From NCBI GenBank assembly GCA_043823745.1, contig JBDRAN010000002.1, positions 6,296 to 70,295 on the forward strand: DNA of 64,000 nucleotides, in the 5' to 3' direction. Position numbers and translations under genes: made by a program. This stretch comes from Candidatus Omnitrophota bacterium (GTDB taxonomy: Bacteria > Omnitrophota > Gorgyraeia > Duberdicusellales > 4484-171). Below the pieces are notes generated by a model, which ran no database searches, was not told where the DNA came from, and saw only the letters and a program-made list of their open reading frames with translations. This document shows positions 18,869 to 29,171 of this stretch, piece after piece; the stretch's first letter is position 1, and every line of letters starts with the position of its first letter.

Positions 18869-18955
18869 CGTATAGAGAAAAGTCCACAGTCGACAGTCCA
18901 GTGCGTAGCTTGCCCGAAGGGCGTGCGGAGCCTCCTCAAAAAGGACGGTCCACCG
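18866..18955 (+). repeat. Dispersed about 90-bp intergenic element, copy 2 (folD-oxidoreductase spacer)
   Basis: Same blocks as copy 1, with an extra GCCCGAAGGGC GNRA hairpin. Confidence 0.7.
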
Positions 18956-19003
18956 ATTTTCTAGAAGCTGATGGCTGAAGACTGATGCTGAAAGCTTAAA
19001 AGT

Positions 19004-19966
19004 ATGAAATCAATAACGATCCTTGGCGCAGGGAAGTCAGGGTTGGCGCTTGCGCACGCGCTGCGGGCAAAGGGGAGCCAAGCACCGATAACGATTATAG
19101 ACAAAAATCTTTATTTTCTTGATAAAAAAGAGTTTATCTCCTCATTTTCATTTGATACGCGTATTGATCGCGGTACGCTTGCTAAAGATGCCGGGATTGC
19201 ATTCGTGCAGGCAACCGTTGAAAGGGTAAACCCCTCAAGAAAAAAGATATATCGTAAAGAGGGAGAGCCGTGCGATTACGAAACGCTTGTGGTTGCAACG
19301 GGTCTGGCGCAGGTGCCTGCCACGTTTAAGGGTGACTATCGGGAAGGGTTTTTTTACTGTGCCCGCATGGATCCTTTTAGGGTAAAGGAGTTTCTTAAGA
19401 TATCCAGCGAAGCGACAGTTATTGCTGGAACCTTTTTGGGTTTAAAGCTTGTATTGGCGCTGCAGGGTAGCGGTAAAGAAGTAACGGTAGTAGGAGGATC
19501 GTGGGATTACCTGGGCGATTACCGGGAGCGCATCGTTGAATGGCTGCGCCAACGAGGTATAATCGTCTATCAAAACGCGATTGTCGAGGACGTTATCGGA
19601 GAGGGGACGGTAAAAGCGGTAAAGATTGCACCGCTTAAGGTTTTTTCTTCACAGCTTGTTTTCCTGGATGGCGGATATTCTGCCCAATGCGATTTTTTTG
19701 AAGAGCCCCCTGTCATAACGGATACATTTTCGTGTCAGTATCCGGATATATATTTTCTCGGTGATGCCGCGCGCCAGGGTATAGCCGATGAATGTTTTTA
19801 CGCCTTTAATAACAAGGAGGCGGTTGCGTGCGCACAGCTTTTAGCTGAGTATATACGAGGCGGTCCGTTTCCCGTATTTTCGCATCGTGTTCTTACGAGT
19901 TTTGATAAAAATGCGCTTATCGAGGATTTTTTAAACAATCCTCTTGCGCGCGTCGCGCAGGAATAG
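19004..19966 (+). CDS. FAD/NAD(P)-binding oxidoreductase (pyridine nucleotide-disulfide oxidoreductase-like)
   Basis: N-terminal ITILGAGKSGLALA dinucleotide-binding motif, and a second Rossmann-like segment (VVGGSWDYLGD). No specific subfamily resolved. Confidence 0.5.
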   Translation: MKSITILGAGKSGLALAHALRAKGSQAPITIIDKNLYFLDKKEFISSFSFDTRIDRGTLAKDAGIAFVQATVERVNPSRKKIYRKEGEPCDYETLVVATGLAQVPATFKGDYREGFFYCARMDPFRVKEFLKISSEATVIAGTFLGLKLVLALQGSGKEVTVVGGSWDYLGDYRERIVEWLRQRGIIVYQNAIVEDVIGEGTVKAVKIAPLKVFSSQLVFLDGGYSAQCDFFEEPPVITDTFSCQYPDIYFLGDAARQGIADECFYAFNNKEAVACAQLLAEYIRGGPFPVFSHRVLTSFDKNALIEDFLNNPLARVAQE

Positions 19967-20037
19967 TGTGGGAGTGCGTAGACGGTTATACGCCTTTTTG
20001 ATGTTCTTAATCATACGAGTATGTAAGGAGGTTTGTT

Positions 20038-21198
20038 ATGGCAGATTGGATTGGTATCGGTAAACGTGCACGTCGTTGTTATGGTTTTGATGAAGTGGCG
20101 TTGGTGCCCGGGAAAACTACGATCAATCCCGAAGAGGTTGATACGTCGTGGGAGTTTGGAGGAAGAAAATTTGCTGTCCCGATTCTCGCGGCCGCGATGG
20201 ATGGCGTCGTTGATGTGCGTTTTGCGTGTGAGATGTCACGTTTGGGAGGCATTGCGGTTCTTAATCTTGATGGTGTGCAAACGCGCTATGATAATCCGGA
20301 CGAGGTACTTGAATCGATCAGGAAGGCGCAGCCGGCGGAGGCCACTAATCTGATTCAGAAGATTTATACCAGCCCCGTTAAAGATAACCTTGTGGCAAAG
20401 AGGATTCAGGAAATAAAAGCAAAGAACGGGTATGCGGCGGTAAGCTGTATTCCTCAAAATGCGGTTCGGCTTGCGCCTATCGCAGAGGACGCAGGCGTTG
20501 ATTGTTTTGTGTTGCAGTCAACCGTGACGACGGTAACGCATATCGCGACAAAATATACACCTCTTGATTTATATAAATTTTGCAGGGAACGTAACGCACC
20601 GGTCATACTTGGAAATTGCGTTACTCATGACGTAACATTGGAGTTGCTTGAGACGGGGTGCGCGGCAATTTTGGTGGGCGTGGGGCCCGGTGCTTCCTGT
20701 ACTACGCGAGGCGTTCTCGGTATCGGTGTACCACAAGTTACCGCAACGATTGATTGTGCTGCCGCGCGCGACTTTTACTACCAGAAATCAGGAAAATATA
20801 TCCCGATTATTACTGATGGCGGCATGCGTCGCGGAGGTGACGTTTGTAAAGCGTTTGCGTGTGGGGCTGACGCAGTTATGATCGGCTCCTCATTCGCCCG
20901 GGCCAAAGAATCTCCCGGTCACGGCTTTCACTGGGGCATGGCGACCTCGCATGGTAATCTGCCGCGAGGAACGCGCATTGAAGTAGGTATTTCTGGTTCT
21001 GTGGAGCAGATTCTCTTTGGGCCCGCTGCGGTTGATGATGGTTCGCAAAATCTTATGGGAGCCCTGGCAACATCAATGGGTTCTTTAGGTGCGAAAATCC
21101 TTAAAGAGATGCATTTTACGGAAATTATCATTGCCCCTTCAATACAGACCGAAGGGAAGCTTTTCCAGGCGATTCAGAGAGTGGGGATGGGGAAATAG
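20038..21198 (+). CDS. IMP dehydrogenase/GMP reductase-family TIM-barrel protein (no CBS pair)
   Basis: IMPDH-like active-site loop GVGPGASCTTR. 386 aa with no Bateman insert. Upstream of guaA. Confidence 0.6.
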   Translation: MADWIGIGKRARRCYGFDEVALVPGKTTINPEEVDTSWEFGGRKFAVPILAAAMDGVVDVRFACEMSRLGGIAVLNLDGVQTRYDNPDEVLESIRKAQPAEATNLIQKIYTSPVKDNLVAKRIQEIKAKNGYAAVSCIPQNAVRLAPIAEDAGVDCFVLQSTVTTVTHIATKYTPLDLYKFCRERNAPVILGNCVTHDVTLELLETGCAAILVGVGPGASCTTRGVLGIGVPQVTATIDCAAARDFYYQKSGKYIPIITDGGMRRGGDVCKAFACGADAVMIGSSFARAKESPGHGFHWGMATSHGNLPRGTRIEVGISGSVEQILFGPAAVDDGSQNLMGALATSMGSLGAKILKEMHFTEIIIAPSIQTEGKLFQAIQRVGMGK

Positions 21199-21299
21199 CT
21201 ATCGTAAATGGTCACCAGGTCACAAAGTCACAAGATCACCCGTTTTTACTGGTGACGTGGTGACATGGTAACGTGGTGACTTTTAAGTTTGTACCAAAT

Positions 21300-22841
21300 A
21301 TGGCTAAAGACACGATTGTAATTCTTGATTTTGGTTCGCAGTACACGCAGCTGATCGCTCGCCGGGTGAGGGAGTTGAAGGTTTTTAGTGTTATTGAGCC
21401 CTGCAACGTAAGCGTTGAGCGTGTTAGAAGATACAAACCGAAAGGCATCGTTTTTTCCGGTGGTCCGCATAGCGTGTATGAAAAAAATGCTCCCGCAGTG
21501 CCGAAAGCCCTTTTTGATTTGGGGGTTCCGGTGCTGGGTATCTGTTATGGGTTGCAGAGCCTGGTAAAGGTGATGGGTGGACGCGTGTATGAGTCATATA
21601 AGCGGGAGTATGGCCGGGCGGAAATGTATATTGATAACCACGATGATCTTTTCTTTTCCTTGCCGTCGAAGATTGTTTCCTGGATGAGTCATATGGACAA
21701 AGTGGCAAAACTTCCCACAGGTTTTATCCAGCTCGCGCATACTCTGAGCACGGAATTTGCGGCTATCGGAAACCCTCAGAAAAAAATATACGGTGTCCAG
21801 TTTCATCCCGAAGTGGTACATACCGATAAGGGCTTGCAAATTATCTCTAATTTTCTATTTAGGATCTGCGATTGTTTTGCTACCTGGCAATTGGAAGATT
21901 TTGTTAAGCAGCAGGTTAGTGAGATACGCGCTCGAGTTGGCTCTCGGAATGTAATCTGCGGTTTAAGCGGAGGAGTTGATTCGTCAGCCGCTGCGGTGCT
22001 TATGAATAAAGCGATCGGGAAAAAACTGAAATGTATTTTTGTCGATAACGGATTGTTGCGTAAAGGCGAGGCCAAGAGCGTTATTAAGGTTTTTAAAGAT
22101 CATTTTAAAATTGACCTCCATCATCCTAATGCGTCAGGCCAGTTTCTTGCCAGACTTGCCGGCGTGACCGATCCTGAAGAGAAGCGCACAATCATCGGTC
22201 ATGAGTTTATCAGCGTGTTTGACGCCCAGGCCCATAAAATAAAAAATGTCAAGTTTCTGGTTCAGGGAACGCTGTATCCTGATGTGATCGAATCGGTTTC
22301 GGCGTTTGGCGGTCCGACTGCGCGTATTAAATCACACCATAATGTAGGTGGCCTGCCGGCTAATATGAAGCTTACATTGATCGAACCGTTCCGCCAACTT
22401 TTTAAAGATGAAGTGCGTCAAATCGGCAAGCTTCTGGGGCTTCCCGAAGAGATCATCCAGCGTCATCCTTTTCCCGGACCGGGGCTTGCGGTGCGCATCG
22501 TAGGAGAGATAACAAAAGAGCGTCTGGCGCTCCTGCGCGAGGCCGACGCAATACTCGAGAAAATCATCAAGGATAATAATTTATATCGAGATCTGTGGCA
22601 GGTCTTTTGTGTTCTCCTTCCGCTTAAGACCGTAGGTGTCATGGGAGATAAGCGCACGTATGAGCATGTGGTCGCGATTCGCGCGGTCAACAGCGTTGAC
22701 GGAATGACCGCCGATTGGGCGAAAATCCCCTACGAGGTGCTCAATGAGATTTCCAACGCAATTATTAATAATGTCCGCGGCATCAATAGAGTCGTTTTTG
22801 ATATTAGCTCCAAACCTCCCGCGACGATAGAGTGGGAGTAA
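21300..22841 (+). CDS. guaA: GMP synthase (glutamine-hydrolysing)
   Basis: Class I glutamine amidotransferase domain followed by ATP-PPase (SGGVDSS) and the C-terminal dimerisation domain. Start taken at ATG 21300. Confidence 0.9.
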   Translation: MAKDTIVILDFGSQYTQLIARRVRELKVFSVIEPCNVSVERVRRYKPKGIVFSGGPHSVYEKNAPAVPKALFDLGVPVLGICYGLQSLVKVMGGRVYESYKREYGRAEMYIDNHDDLFFSLPSKIVSWMSHMDKVAKLPTGFIQLAHTLSTEFAAIGNPQKKIYGVQFHPEVVHTDKGLQIISNFLFRICDCFATWQLEDFVKQQVSEIRARVGSRNVICGLSGGVDSSAAAVLMNKAIGKKLKCIFVDNGLLRKGEAKSVIKVFKDHFKIDLHHPNASGQFLARLAGVTDPEEKRTIIGHEFISVFDAQAHKIKNVKFLVQGTLYPDVIESVSAFGGPTARIKSHHNVGGLPANMKLTLIEPFRQLFKDEVRQIGKLLGLPEEIIQRHPFPGPGLAVRIVGEITKERLALLREADAILEKIIKDNNLYRDLWQVFCVLLPLKTVGVMGDKRTYEHVVAIRAVNSVDGMTADWAKIPYEVLNEISNAIINNVRGINRVVFDISSKPPATIEWE

Positions 22842-22921
22842 GATAAGCTTTTTAGCTCTTAAGCTGATGAGCTCATGAGCTTAAAAACTTATGAGCTCAA
22901 TGGTTTCTCGTAAAATTTACT

Positions 22922-25900
22922 ATGGCTCACAGCGAGTTTGTCCACCTCCATGTCCACACCCAATACAGCCTCTTAGACGGCGCCTGTATCCTCGAGAGAC
23001 TCATCGAGAAGGCGGCAAAGTTTAAGCTTCCGGCTTTGGCGATTACCGACCACGGCAATATTTACGGCGCGATAAAATTTTATAAGCTCTGCATGGATAA
23101 AGGGGTAAAACCCATTATCGGGTGTGAAGCCTATATTGCACCAGGCTCGCGCCTTAAAAAAGAATATAAGCCCAACGAGAAGACGAATCATCACCTTATC
23201 CTGCTCGCCAAGGACGAAGAGGGGTACCACAATTTAGTGCGCCTGGTTTCGCTCGGCCATCTTGACGGTTTCTACTATCGTCCGCGTATCGATAAAGAAA
23301 TACTCACCCAGTATAGTAAGGGGCTCATCGGCTTAAGCGCGTGCTTAAAGGGCGAGGTGGCCTCAGCTATTGTCGCCGGAAGGATTAATGACGCCTATAA
23401 AATAGCTGATGAATATTTGAATATTTTCGGCCGCGGGAATTTCTATCTTGAGGTGATGGACAACGGCCTGCCCGAGCAGCATCGGGTTAACCAGTGTTTA
23501 GTTGCGATGTCTAAGGACCTGGGTATACCGATCGTATGCACCAATGATGTGCATTATCTTGAGCAAGATGAATCGTTCGCGCAGGAGGTGCTCCTGGGAA
23601 TTCAGACACAGACGACGCTCGATGACCCTAATCGTTTTAAGTTCAACAGTAACACGTTTTATTTTAGAAGCCCCGAAGAGATGCAGACGATCTTCAAAGA
23701 CATTCCGGGCGCAAGCCGTAATACGCTTGAAGTAACCCAGAAATGTAATGTAGTCATGGATTTTACAAAACTGCACCTACCGCATTTTGCCATACCCGGA
23801 GGCGAGAGCGAGGAGAGTTTCTTGCGCCGGCTTGTGTTTGAGAATGTTGCCAAGCGTTATCCGGCCGTGGGTGCTGAGGTTACGCAACGGCTTGAATATG
23901 AGCTTGGGGTGATTTCGAAAACGGGTTTTTCGAGTTACTTCATCATTGTGTGGGATCTGATTAAATTTGCCAAGGAAAATAATATTCCGGTTGGGCCAGG
24001 CCGAGGCAGCGCGGCCGGAAGTATCGTGAGTTATATTCTGGGAATTACCGATATCGACCCGCTTCGTTACGATTTACTTTTTGAGCGATTCTTGAATCCC
24101 GAACGTATCAGCATGCCTGATATCGATATCGATTTCTGTTACGAACGCCGGTCGCGCGTTCTTGAGTACGTCGGCAAGAAGTATGGTAAGGATAATGTAG
24201 CGCAAATTATTACGTTTGGAACGATGCTTGCCCGCGCGGTGGTGCGGGATACCGGTCGTGTGATGGGCTTTAGCTACACCGATGTCGATAAGATCGCAAA
24301 GATGATACCGCAGGTTCCCGGCCACCAGATCACCTTAAAAGAGGCGGTTGCTACCAATCCCGATCTTGAAGCAATTTATAATAGCGACGATAACATAAAG
24401 CGTCTTATCGATGTCGCGTCAAAACTTGAGGGCCTTTCCCGTCATGCGTCAACGCATGCGGCAGGCGTGGTTATATCAGATACGCCGCTTATTGAGCGTA
24501 TCCCCCTTATACGCGGTTCGGAAGGGGAAGTGGTGACCGGTTTCGATATGGAGTCTCTTGAGAAGACAGGCCTTCTGAAAATGGACTTTTTAGGACTTAA
24601 AACGTTAACGGTTATCGATGAAACGGTAAAGATTGTGAAACGTACCCATGGCACCATGATCGATATCCATGCGTTACCGTTCGATGATAAGAAAACGTTC
24701 CAGCTTCTCGGCGCCGGTGACACGATTGGGGTGTTCCAGCTTGAAAGCAGGGGGATGCGGGATATTTTAAACAAATTGATACCGACCCAATTTGAGGATT
24801 TGATCGCGGTGCTCGCCCTGTATCGGCCGGGACCATTAGGCAGCGGCATGGTCGATGATTTTATTGACCGCAAGAACGGAAAAAAAGGGGTTACGTATAC
24901 CCATCCACGACTTGAACCGATACTTAAAGAAACCTACGGTATTATTCTGTATCAGGAACAGACGATGCAGATTGTTTCACATCTTGCGGGTTTCAGTCTA
25001 TCCCGCGCCGATCTCCTGCGTAAAGCTATCGGTAAGAAAATTCCCGAGATAATGGAAGAGCAGCGCAACCTGTTTGTGCACGGCTGCGCTAAGAATGCTA
25101 TTTCAGCAAAGATCGCGAATCAGATCTTTGATTTAATTGATTATTTCTCGGGGTATGGATTTAATAAATGCGTTACGGGCGACACTAAAGTAATCGATGC
25201 ACAGAGTGGAGGGTTTATCACGCTGCAGGAGCTTTATGAAAATAGATCGATTGATTTTACTTTTGGGTTCAATAAAGATTTTAAAATCGAGAAACTACGT
25301 ATCATGGATGTGGTAGCAAATGGAGTAAAGTCTGTATATGCAGTAGCGACTTCGTTAGGTAAGGAAATAGAAGCTACCGCAAATCACCCTTTCCTGACCA
25401 TACATGGCTGGAAAAAATTAGAGGATCTTAAAAGTGGAGAACGAATTGCTTTGCCTCGCGTGTTCCCTTCCGTAGGCAAGGAGTCTATAGAGCCTTATAA
25501 ACTTATTGCGTTAGCGGGAATTATCTCTGAAGGCAATACGTGTCATCCTTCAGGAGTATATTTTTATGCTGCAAATCAACGTTTCTTTAATGATTTCGTA
25601 AAAAGCGTAAAATGTTTCCCGCATACGTTGCCCACTATTATAAGGCGTAGAAATATTTTCGAGGCATATTGCGGTACAGGCAGAGACGCTCGTTTTCTTA
25701 AAGGCAATATTCCCTGGAATAAGAGATGTGGTGTTAGTTGCGCAGAAGAAGTAATGATCCGTTCGGGTTTCCGGGTGTGGCTGGAAGAATTGGATCTGAT
25801 AGGGAAAAAAGCTGATGAAAAATTTATACCCGGTTTTATATTTCGACTCGATAATGAGTCATTGAAGTTATTTGTGGGGCGCCTATGGTCTGGAGATGGT

Positions 25901-27682
25901 TTTATTTTTAGCAAACAGAATACGTTGCCTTTTTATGCTTCGTCTTCACATAAGATAGCGCTTTCATTACATGACCTTTTGCTGCGCTTTGGAATCATAA
26001 GTAAGATTTATCAAAAGAAATTTAAATATCATTATAAAGGGGAAATGGATATTAAAAAAGGCTATGTGCTTATGGTGCATGGCGGAGTGAACATTGACAA
26101 TTTTATAGCGCACATTTGTCCGTATATTGTTGGTAGAGAGAAGGCGATAGTGCATCTGAAAGAATACTACAGAAAGGTTTCAAAGAATAAAGAAAGTAAA
26201 GACACTATTCCTCAAGAGATAAAATTTACAGTGCAGAGGCTTAAGGAAGAAAAAGGAATTTCCTGGAGACGTTTGCAGGGGGAATGCGGCCTCTCGATGA
26301 GAGAGTTTGTGGGAGGTGTCCACAAATATAAAAAAGGATTCAGAAGAAGCACTATTAAGAAGTTAGGAATATTTTTTGGTTCTGATGAACTTCTTTCTGC
26401 CGCGTCTTCTGAGGTGTATTGGGATGCTATCACTTCGATAAAATATGCCGGCCCTAAGCCCACGTATGATTTACAGATAGAGAAATATCATAATTTCATT
26501 GCTAATGGCATAGTGGTGCATAATTCACATTCAACCGCGTACGCGCTTATCTCCTATCAGACCGCGTATCTAAAAGCAAATTTTGGTGCTGAGTTTATGG
26601 CAGCGCTTTTAACCAGCGAACGAAATAATACGGATAAGATCCGTGAATATGTGAATGAAGCAGGCCGTATGGGTATCAAGGTGCTTCCGCCGGATATCAA
26701 TACCAGTTTTGCTAACTTTACCGTTACTGATGACGGTAATATCCGGTTTGGATTGCTCGCGATTAAAAATGTCGGTGGGGCTGCACTTACGAGTATTATT
26801 GAGGTGCGTAAAGCCGCAAAATTTGGCGGTATTTTTGATTTTTGCGAGCGCGTGGATTCACGTACGGTAAACAAAAAAGTAATCGAAAGTCTCATTAAAT
26901 CAGGAGCAATGGATACGTTTGGTCTTCGCCGCGCGCAGATGGCGGCTATTCTTGATGGGGTCTTAAGCCGCGGGGCCGGGAAAAAGGATGCTTCTCAGCT
27001 TATGTTATTCTCTGCGCCAAAAAAAGAAGTAGTTCCCGACGTGGCGGAGTGGCCGCTTGCCCAAATTCTTAATTTTGAAAAAACCCTTCTGGGTATGTAT
27101 ATCACCAGCCACCCTTTACATGCGTACGGGACGCTTGTTAAACATATCGCGCGTGAAGAAATTGCTGCTCTCTATGAAGGTGAACGGGCCGGCGAGGTGA
27201 TTGTGTGCGGGGTGCTTGAGAAGGTTAAGGTCATTACGACCCGCAAGGGTAATGACCGGATGGCGATCGTAAAGATTGAGGATGATACTGCGGGTCTTGA
27301 CGTATTTGTATTTCCCCGTCTTTTTGAAGAGTGCAATTCTTTTTTAAAAGAAAAAGCCGTCGTGCTGCTCGTGGGCAAGCTTGAGTCCAAGGAGAAAGTT
27401 CCCAAGATTCTTGCTTCCAAGGTTATCCTTATGGAAAACATCGCTGCAAGCATAAAACAGGTTAACATTACCATCGAGAAGAACAAATTCCCGCTCGATA
27501 AGCTGCGCGGTATTTTCGTAAAAAGCAGAGGTACGATCCCCGTTGTCTTTACCCTCAAAAACTCAAAGATGGAAGGCATTAAGATCAAAACAGCCAATAA
27601 TTTTTTCCTTAACCCCAGCGATGATGTGCTCAAGGAGCTCGATGCGCTCATCGGGCAGGAAAACCTATCACTTACGCTTTAA
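22922..27682 (+). CDS. dnaE: DNA polymerase III alpha subunit interrupted by an in-frame intein
   Basis: PHP domain (HLHVHTQYSLLDG) and polymerase core. The conserved GYGFNK/SHSTAYAL motif is split by a 452-aa insertion. The extein alone is about 1134 aa. Confidence 0.9.
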   Translation: MAHSEFVHLHVHTQYSLLDGACILERLIEKAAKFKLPALAITDHGNIYGAIKFYKLCMDKGVKPIIGCEAYIAPGSRLKKEYKPNEKTNHHLILLAKDEEGYHNLVRLVSLGHLDGFYYRPRIDKEILTQYSKGLIGLSACLKGEVASAIVAGRINDAYKIADEYLNIFGRGNFYLEVMDNGLPEQHRVNQCLVAMSKDLGIPIVCTNDVHYLEQDESFAQEVLLGIQTQTTLDDPNRFKFNSNTFYFRSPEEMQTIFKDIPGASRNTLEVTQKCNVVMDFTKLHLPHFAIPGGESEESFLRRLVFENVAKRYPAVGAEVTQRLEYELGVISKTGFSSYFIIVWDLIKFAKENNIPVGPGRGSAAGSIVSYILGITDIDPLRYDLLFERFLNPERISMPDIDIDFCYERRSRVLEYVGKKYGKDNVAQIITFGTMLARAVVRDTGRVMGFSYTDVDKIAKMIPQVPGHQITLKEAVATNPDLEAIYNSDDNIKRLIDVASKLEGLSRHASTHAAGVVISDTPLIERIPLIRGSEGEVVTGFDMESLEKTGLLKMDFLGLKTLTVIDETVKIVKRTHGTMIDIHALPFDDKKTFQLLGAGDTIGVFQLESRGMRDILNKLIPTQFEDLIAVLALYRPGPLGSGMVDDFIDRKNGKKGVTYTHPRLEPILKETYGIILYQEQTMQIVSHLAGFSLSRADLLRKAIGKKIPEIMEEQRNLFVHGCAKNAISAKIANQIFDLIDYFSGYGFNKCVTGDTKVIDAQSGGFITLQELYENRSIDFTFGFNKDFKIEKLRIMDVVANGVKSVYAVATSLGKEIEATANHPFLTIHGWKKLEDLKSGERIALPRVFPSVGKESIEPYKLIALAGIISEGNTCHPSGVYFYAANQRFFNDFVKSVKCFPHTLPTIIRRRNIFEAYCGTGRDARFLKGNIPWNKRCGVSCAEEVMIRSGFRVWLEELDLIGKKADEKFIPGFIFRLDNESLKLFVGRLWSGDGFIFSKQNTLPFYASSSHKIALSLHDLLLRFGIISKIYQKKFKYHYKGEMDIKKGYVLMVHGGVNIDNFIAHICPYIVGREKAIVHLKEYYRKVSKNKESKDTIPQEIKFTVQRLKEEKGISWRRLQGECGLSMREFVGGVHKYKKGFRRSTIKKLGIFFGSDELLSAASSEVYWDAITSIKYAGPKPTYDLQIEKYHNFIANGIVVHNSHSTAYALISYQTAYLKANFGAEFMAALLTSERNNTDKIREYVNEAGRMGIKVLPPDINTSFANFTVTDDGNIRFGLLAIKNVGGAALTSIIEVRKAAKFGGIFDFCERVDSRTVNKKVIESLIKSGAMDTFGLRRAQMAAILDGVLSRGAGKKDASQLMLFSAPKKEVVPDVAEWPLAQILNFEKTLLGMYITSHPLHAYGTLVKHIAREEIAALYEGERAGEVIVCGVLEKVKVITTRKGNDRMAIVKIEDDTAGLDVFVFPRLFEECNSFLKEKAVVLLVGKLESKEKVPKILASKVILMENIAASIKQVNITIEKNKFPLDKLRGIFVKSRGTIPVVFTLKNSKMEGIKIKTANNFFLNPSDDVLKELDALIGQENLSLTL
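25169..26524 (+). mobile_element. Intein with a LAGLIDADG homing-endonuclease domain inserted in DnaE (Cys1 ... His-Asn, followed by Ser+1)
   Basis: Block A CVTGDTKV directly after GFNK. A TxxH block B (ATANHPF). LAGLIDADG-like motifs LAGIISEGN and LWSGDGFIF. Terminal VVHN followed by SHS, which restores the DnaE motif. 1356 nt, in frame. Confidence 0.85.
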
Positions 27683-27816
27683 CCTAAAAAAAGGTATTCG
27701 GACTGGCCGGGCATGAATGTGCAGCCGTTACCCTGCAAAACCGACCAGGAATTTTGCAGAAAACACGATTTTGTGCTCCGTCGCACGTAGCGGCGCTTTT
27801 TTGCAGGTATGATTTT

Positions 27817-27910
27817 GGAAAAAAGCGAAAAACTCATAATTTCATGATATAATTCATAAATGGGTTTATCCGGCCTCATAAACGCAATAATCAAAACATT
27901 CATCATAAAA
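27817..27910 (+). repeat. Direct repeat copy A (about 94 bp): duplicate of the AAR-like gene's promoter plus first 17 codons
   Basis: About 93% identical to 30903-30997. Encodes MGLSGLINAIIKTFIIK then diverges to a stop after 29 aa. Confidence 0.85.
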
Positions 27911-28075
27911 CATTTAAGTCTGAAAAACCTCTCGTTAACATTAGCCGCTTAACGCATTTGCCTTTTTGTTCTAGCCCGACAAAATAGCATTCTTTTGGCT
28001 GATTTTTCTGATATAATTACGTAGGTATAATCCACTGCGGGGCATAATGCCTCTAAGCCACGGCATAAGCAAAAT

Positions 28076-29164
28076 ATGGAAAGAAAAAAAACTATTCTTT
28101 TGACCGGCGCTACTGGTCTTTTGGGTTCGTATTTATTGAAACTTTTTCTCGAAGAAGGCCATAAAGTTTATGCCCTCGCAAGAAGCAAAGATCATATTAA
28201 TGCAACCAGCAGGGTTATAAATTCCTTACGATTGTGGGATGAAACTATCTCTCCATCAAGCTATGCAGGAAAATTGATCGTAGTAGATGGTGATATTACA
28301 TCTTCTGACTTCAAAATTGAAACAAAAGAGATCATTGCACTTTTTCGATCGGAAGTTGAAATGATTTTTCATTGCGCAGCCTTAACGCTTTTTCGAGCCC
28401 CCCTAGAGATAATGCGAAAAATAAATGTAGAAGGTACTAAGAATATTTTAGATTTTTCTTTGACTTGCCTGCGGCTAAAAAATATAAATTATATAAGTAC
28501 AGCTTTTGTCGCGGGCAACAAAAATGGAATCGATTTTGACGAAAATATGTTGGAGTTGGGCCAGGGTTTTTATAATACCTACGAACAAACAAAATATGAA
28601 GTAGAAATATTGCTTAAAGATTACCAAAAAAAAGGCCTGATAATTTCTATTTTTCGTCCCAGCGTAGTAATGGGTGATTCTAAAGAGGGAAAGACTAATA
28701 ATTTCCATCTTTTTTATGAACCAACTCGTTTTTTTTCCCAAGGATTCTTTCCCGCGTTTCCTATGAATTTAGATTGTTCGTTGAACCTTATAAATATAGA
28801 TATCGCCGCTAAAGCAATTTTTATTCTAAGCGATATGGAAAAATCTGACGTTTATCATATCGTTTCCCCGGAAGATACTAATATGCATTTTTTTGCTAAA
28901 CTCGCCTCTTCTTATTTCAATTTCGAAATGCCGGAATTTATTCCTGAAGAGAAATTTGACTTCAGTGCCTGGACTGATGGGCAAAAATTATTAGGCGGAC
29001 CTTTCGTTCCTTATTGTAATTATAAGACGAAATTTGTATCACATAAAACACAACAAATTATGAGCCAATATAATTTTATATATCCTCAAATCAACGAGAG
29101 TAATCTTACTAAAATATTTGAATACTGCGATAAAGTTGGTTTTATAAAAAGGAAAAGACTATAA
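28076..29164 (+). CDS. Fatty acyl-CoA/thioester reductase-like SDR (NAD_binding_4 / male-sterility-type reductase domain)
   Basis: ILLTGATGLLGSYLL...YALAR...VVDGDIT...IFHCAA...NVEGT pattern typical of thioester-reductase domains. 362 aa. AT-rich island. Confidence 0.65.
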   Translation: MERKKTILLTGATGLLGSYLLKLFLEEGHKVYALARSKDHINATSRVINSLRLWDETISPSSYAGKLIVVDGDITSSDFKIETKEIIALFRSEVEMIFHCAALTLFRAPLEIMRKINVEGTKNILDFSLTCLRLKNINYISTAFVAGNKNGIDFDENMLELGQGFYNTYEQTKYEVEILLKDYQKKGLIISIFRPSVVMGDSKEGKTNNFHLFYEPTRFFSQGFFPAFPMNLDCSLNLINIDIAAKAIFILSDMEKSDVYHIVSPEDTNMHFFAKLASSYFNFEMPEFIPEEKFDFSAWTDGQKLLGGPFVPYCNYKTKFVSHKTQQIMSQYNFIYPQINESNLTKIFEYCDKVGFIKRKRL

Positions 29165-29171
29165 ATCAAAC

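Noticed and set aside
20033-20353. 106-aa alternative-frame ORF at the start of the IMPDH-family gene
   Set aside because: Arg-rich frame-shifted shadow. The 20038 frame carries the conserved catalytic loop.
27172-27651. 159-aa minus-strand ORF inside dnaE
   Set aside because: Antisense to the conserved DnaE C-terminal OB region.
27860-27949. 29-codon ORF MGLSGLINAIIKTFIIKHLSLKNLSLTLAA
   Set aside because: A truncated duplicate of the 5' end of the AAR-like gene inside direct repeat A. It is a gene fragment, not an independent gene.
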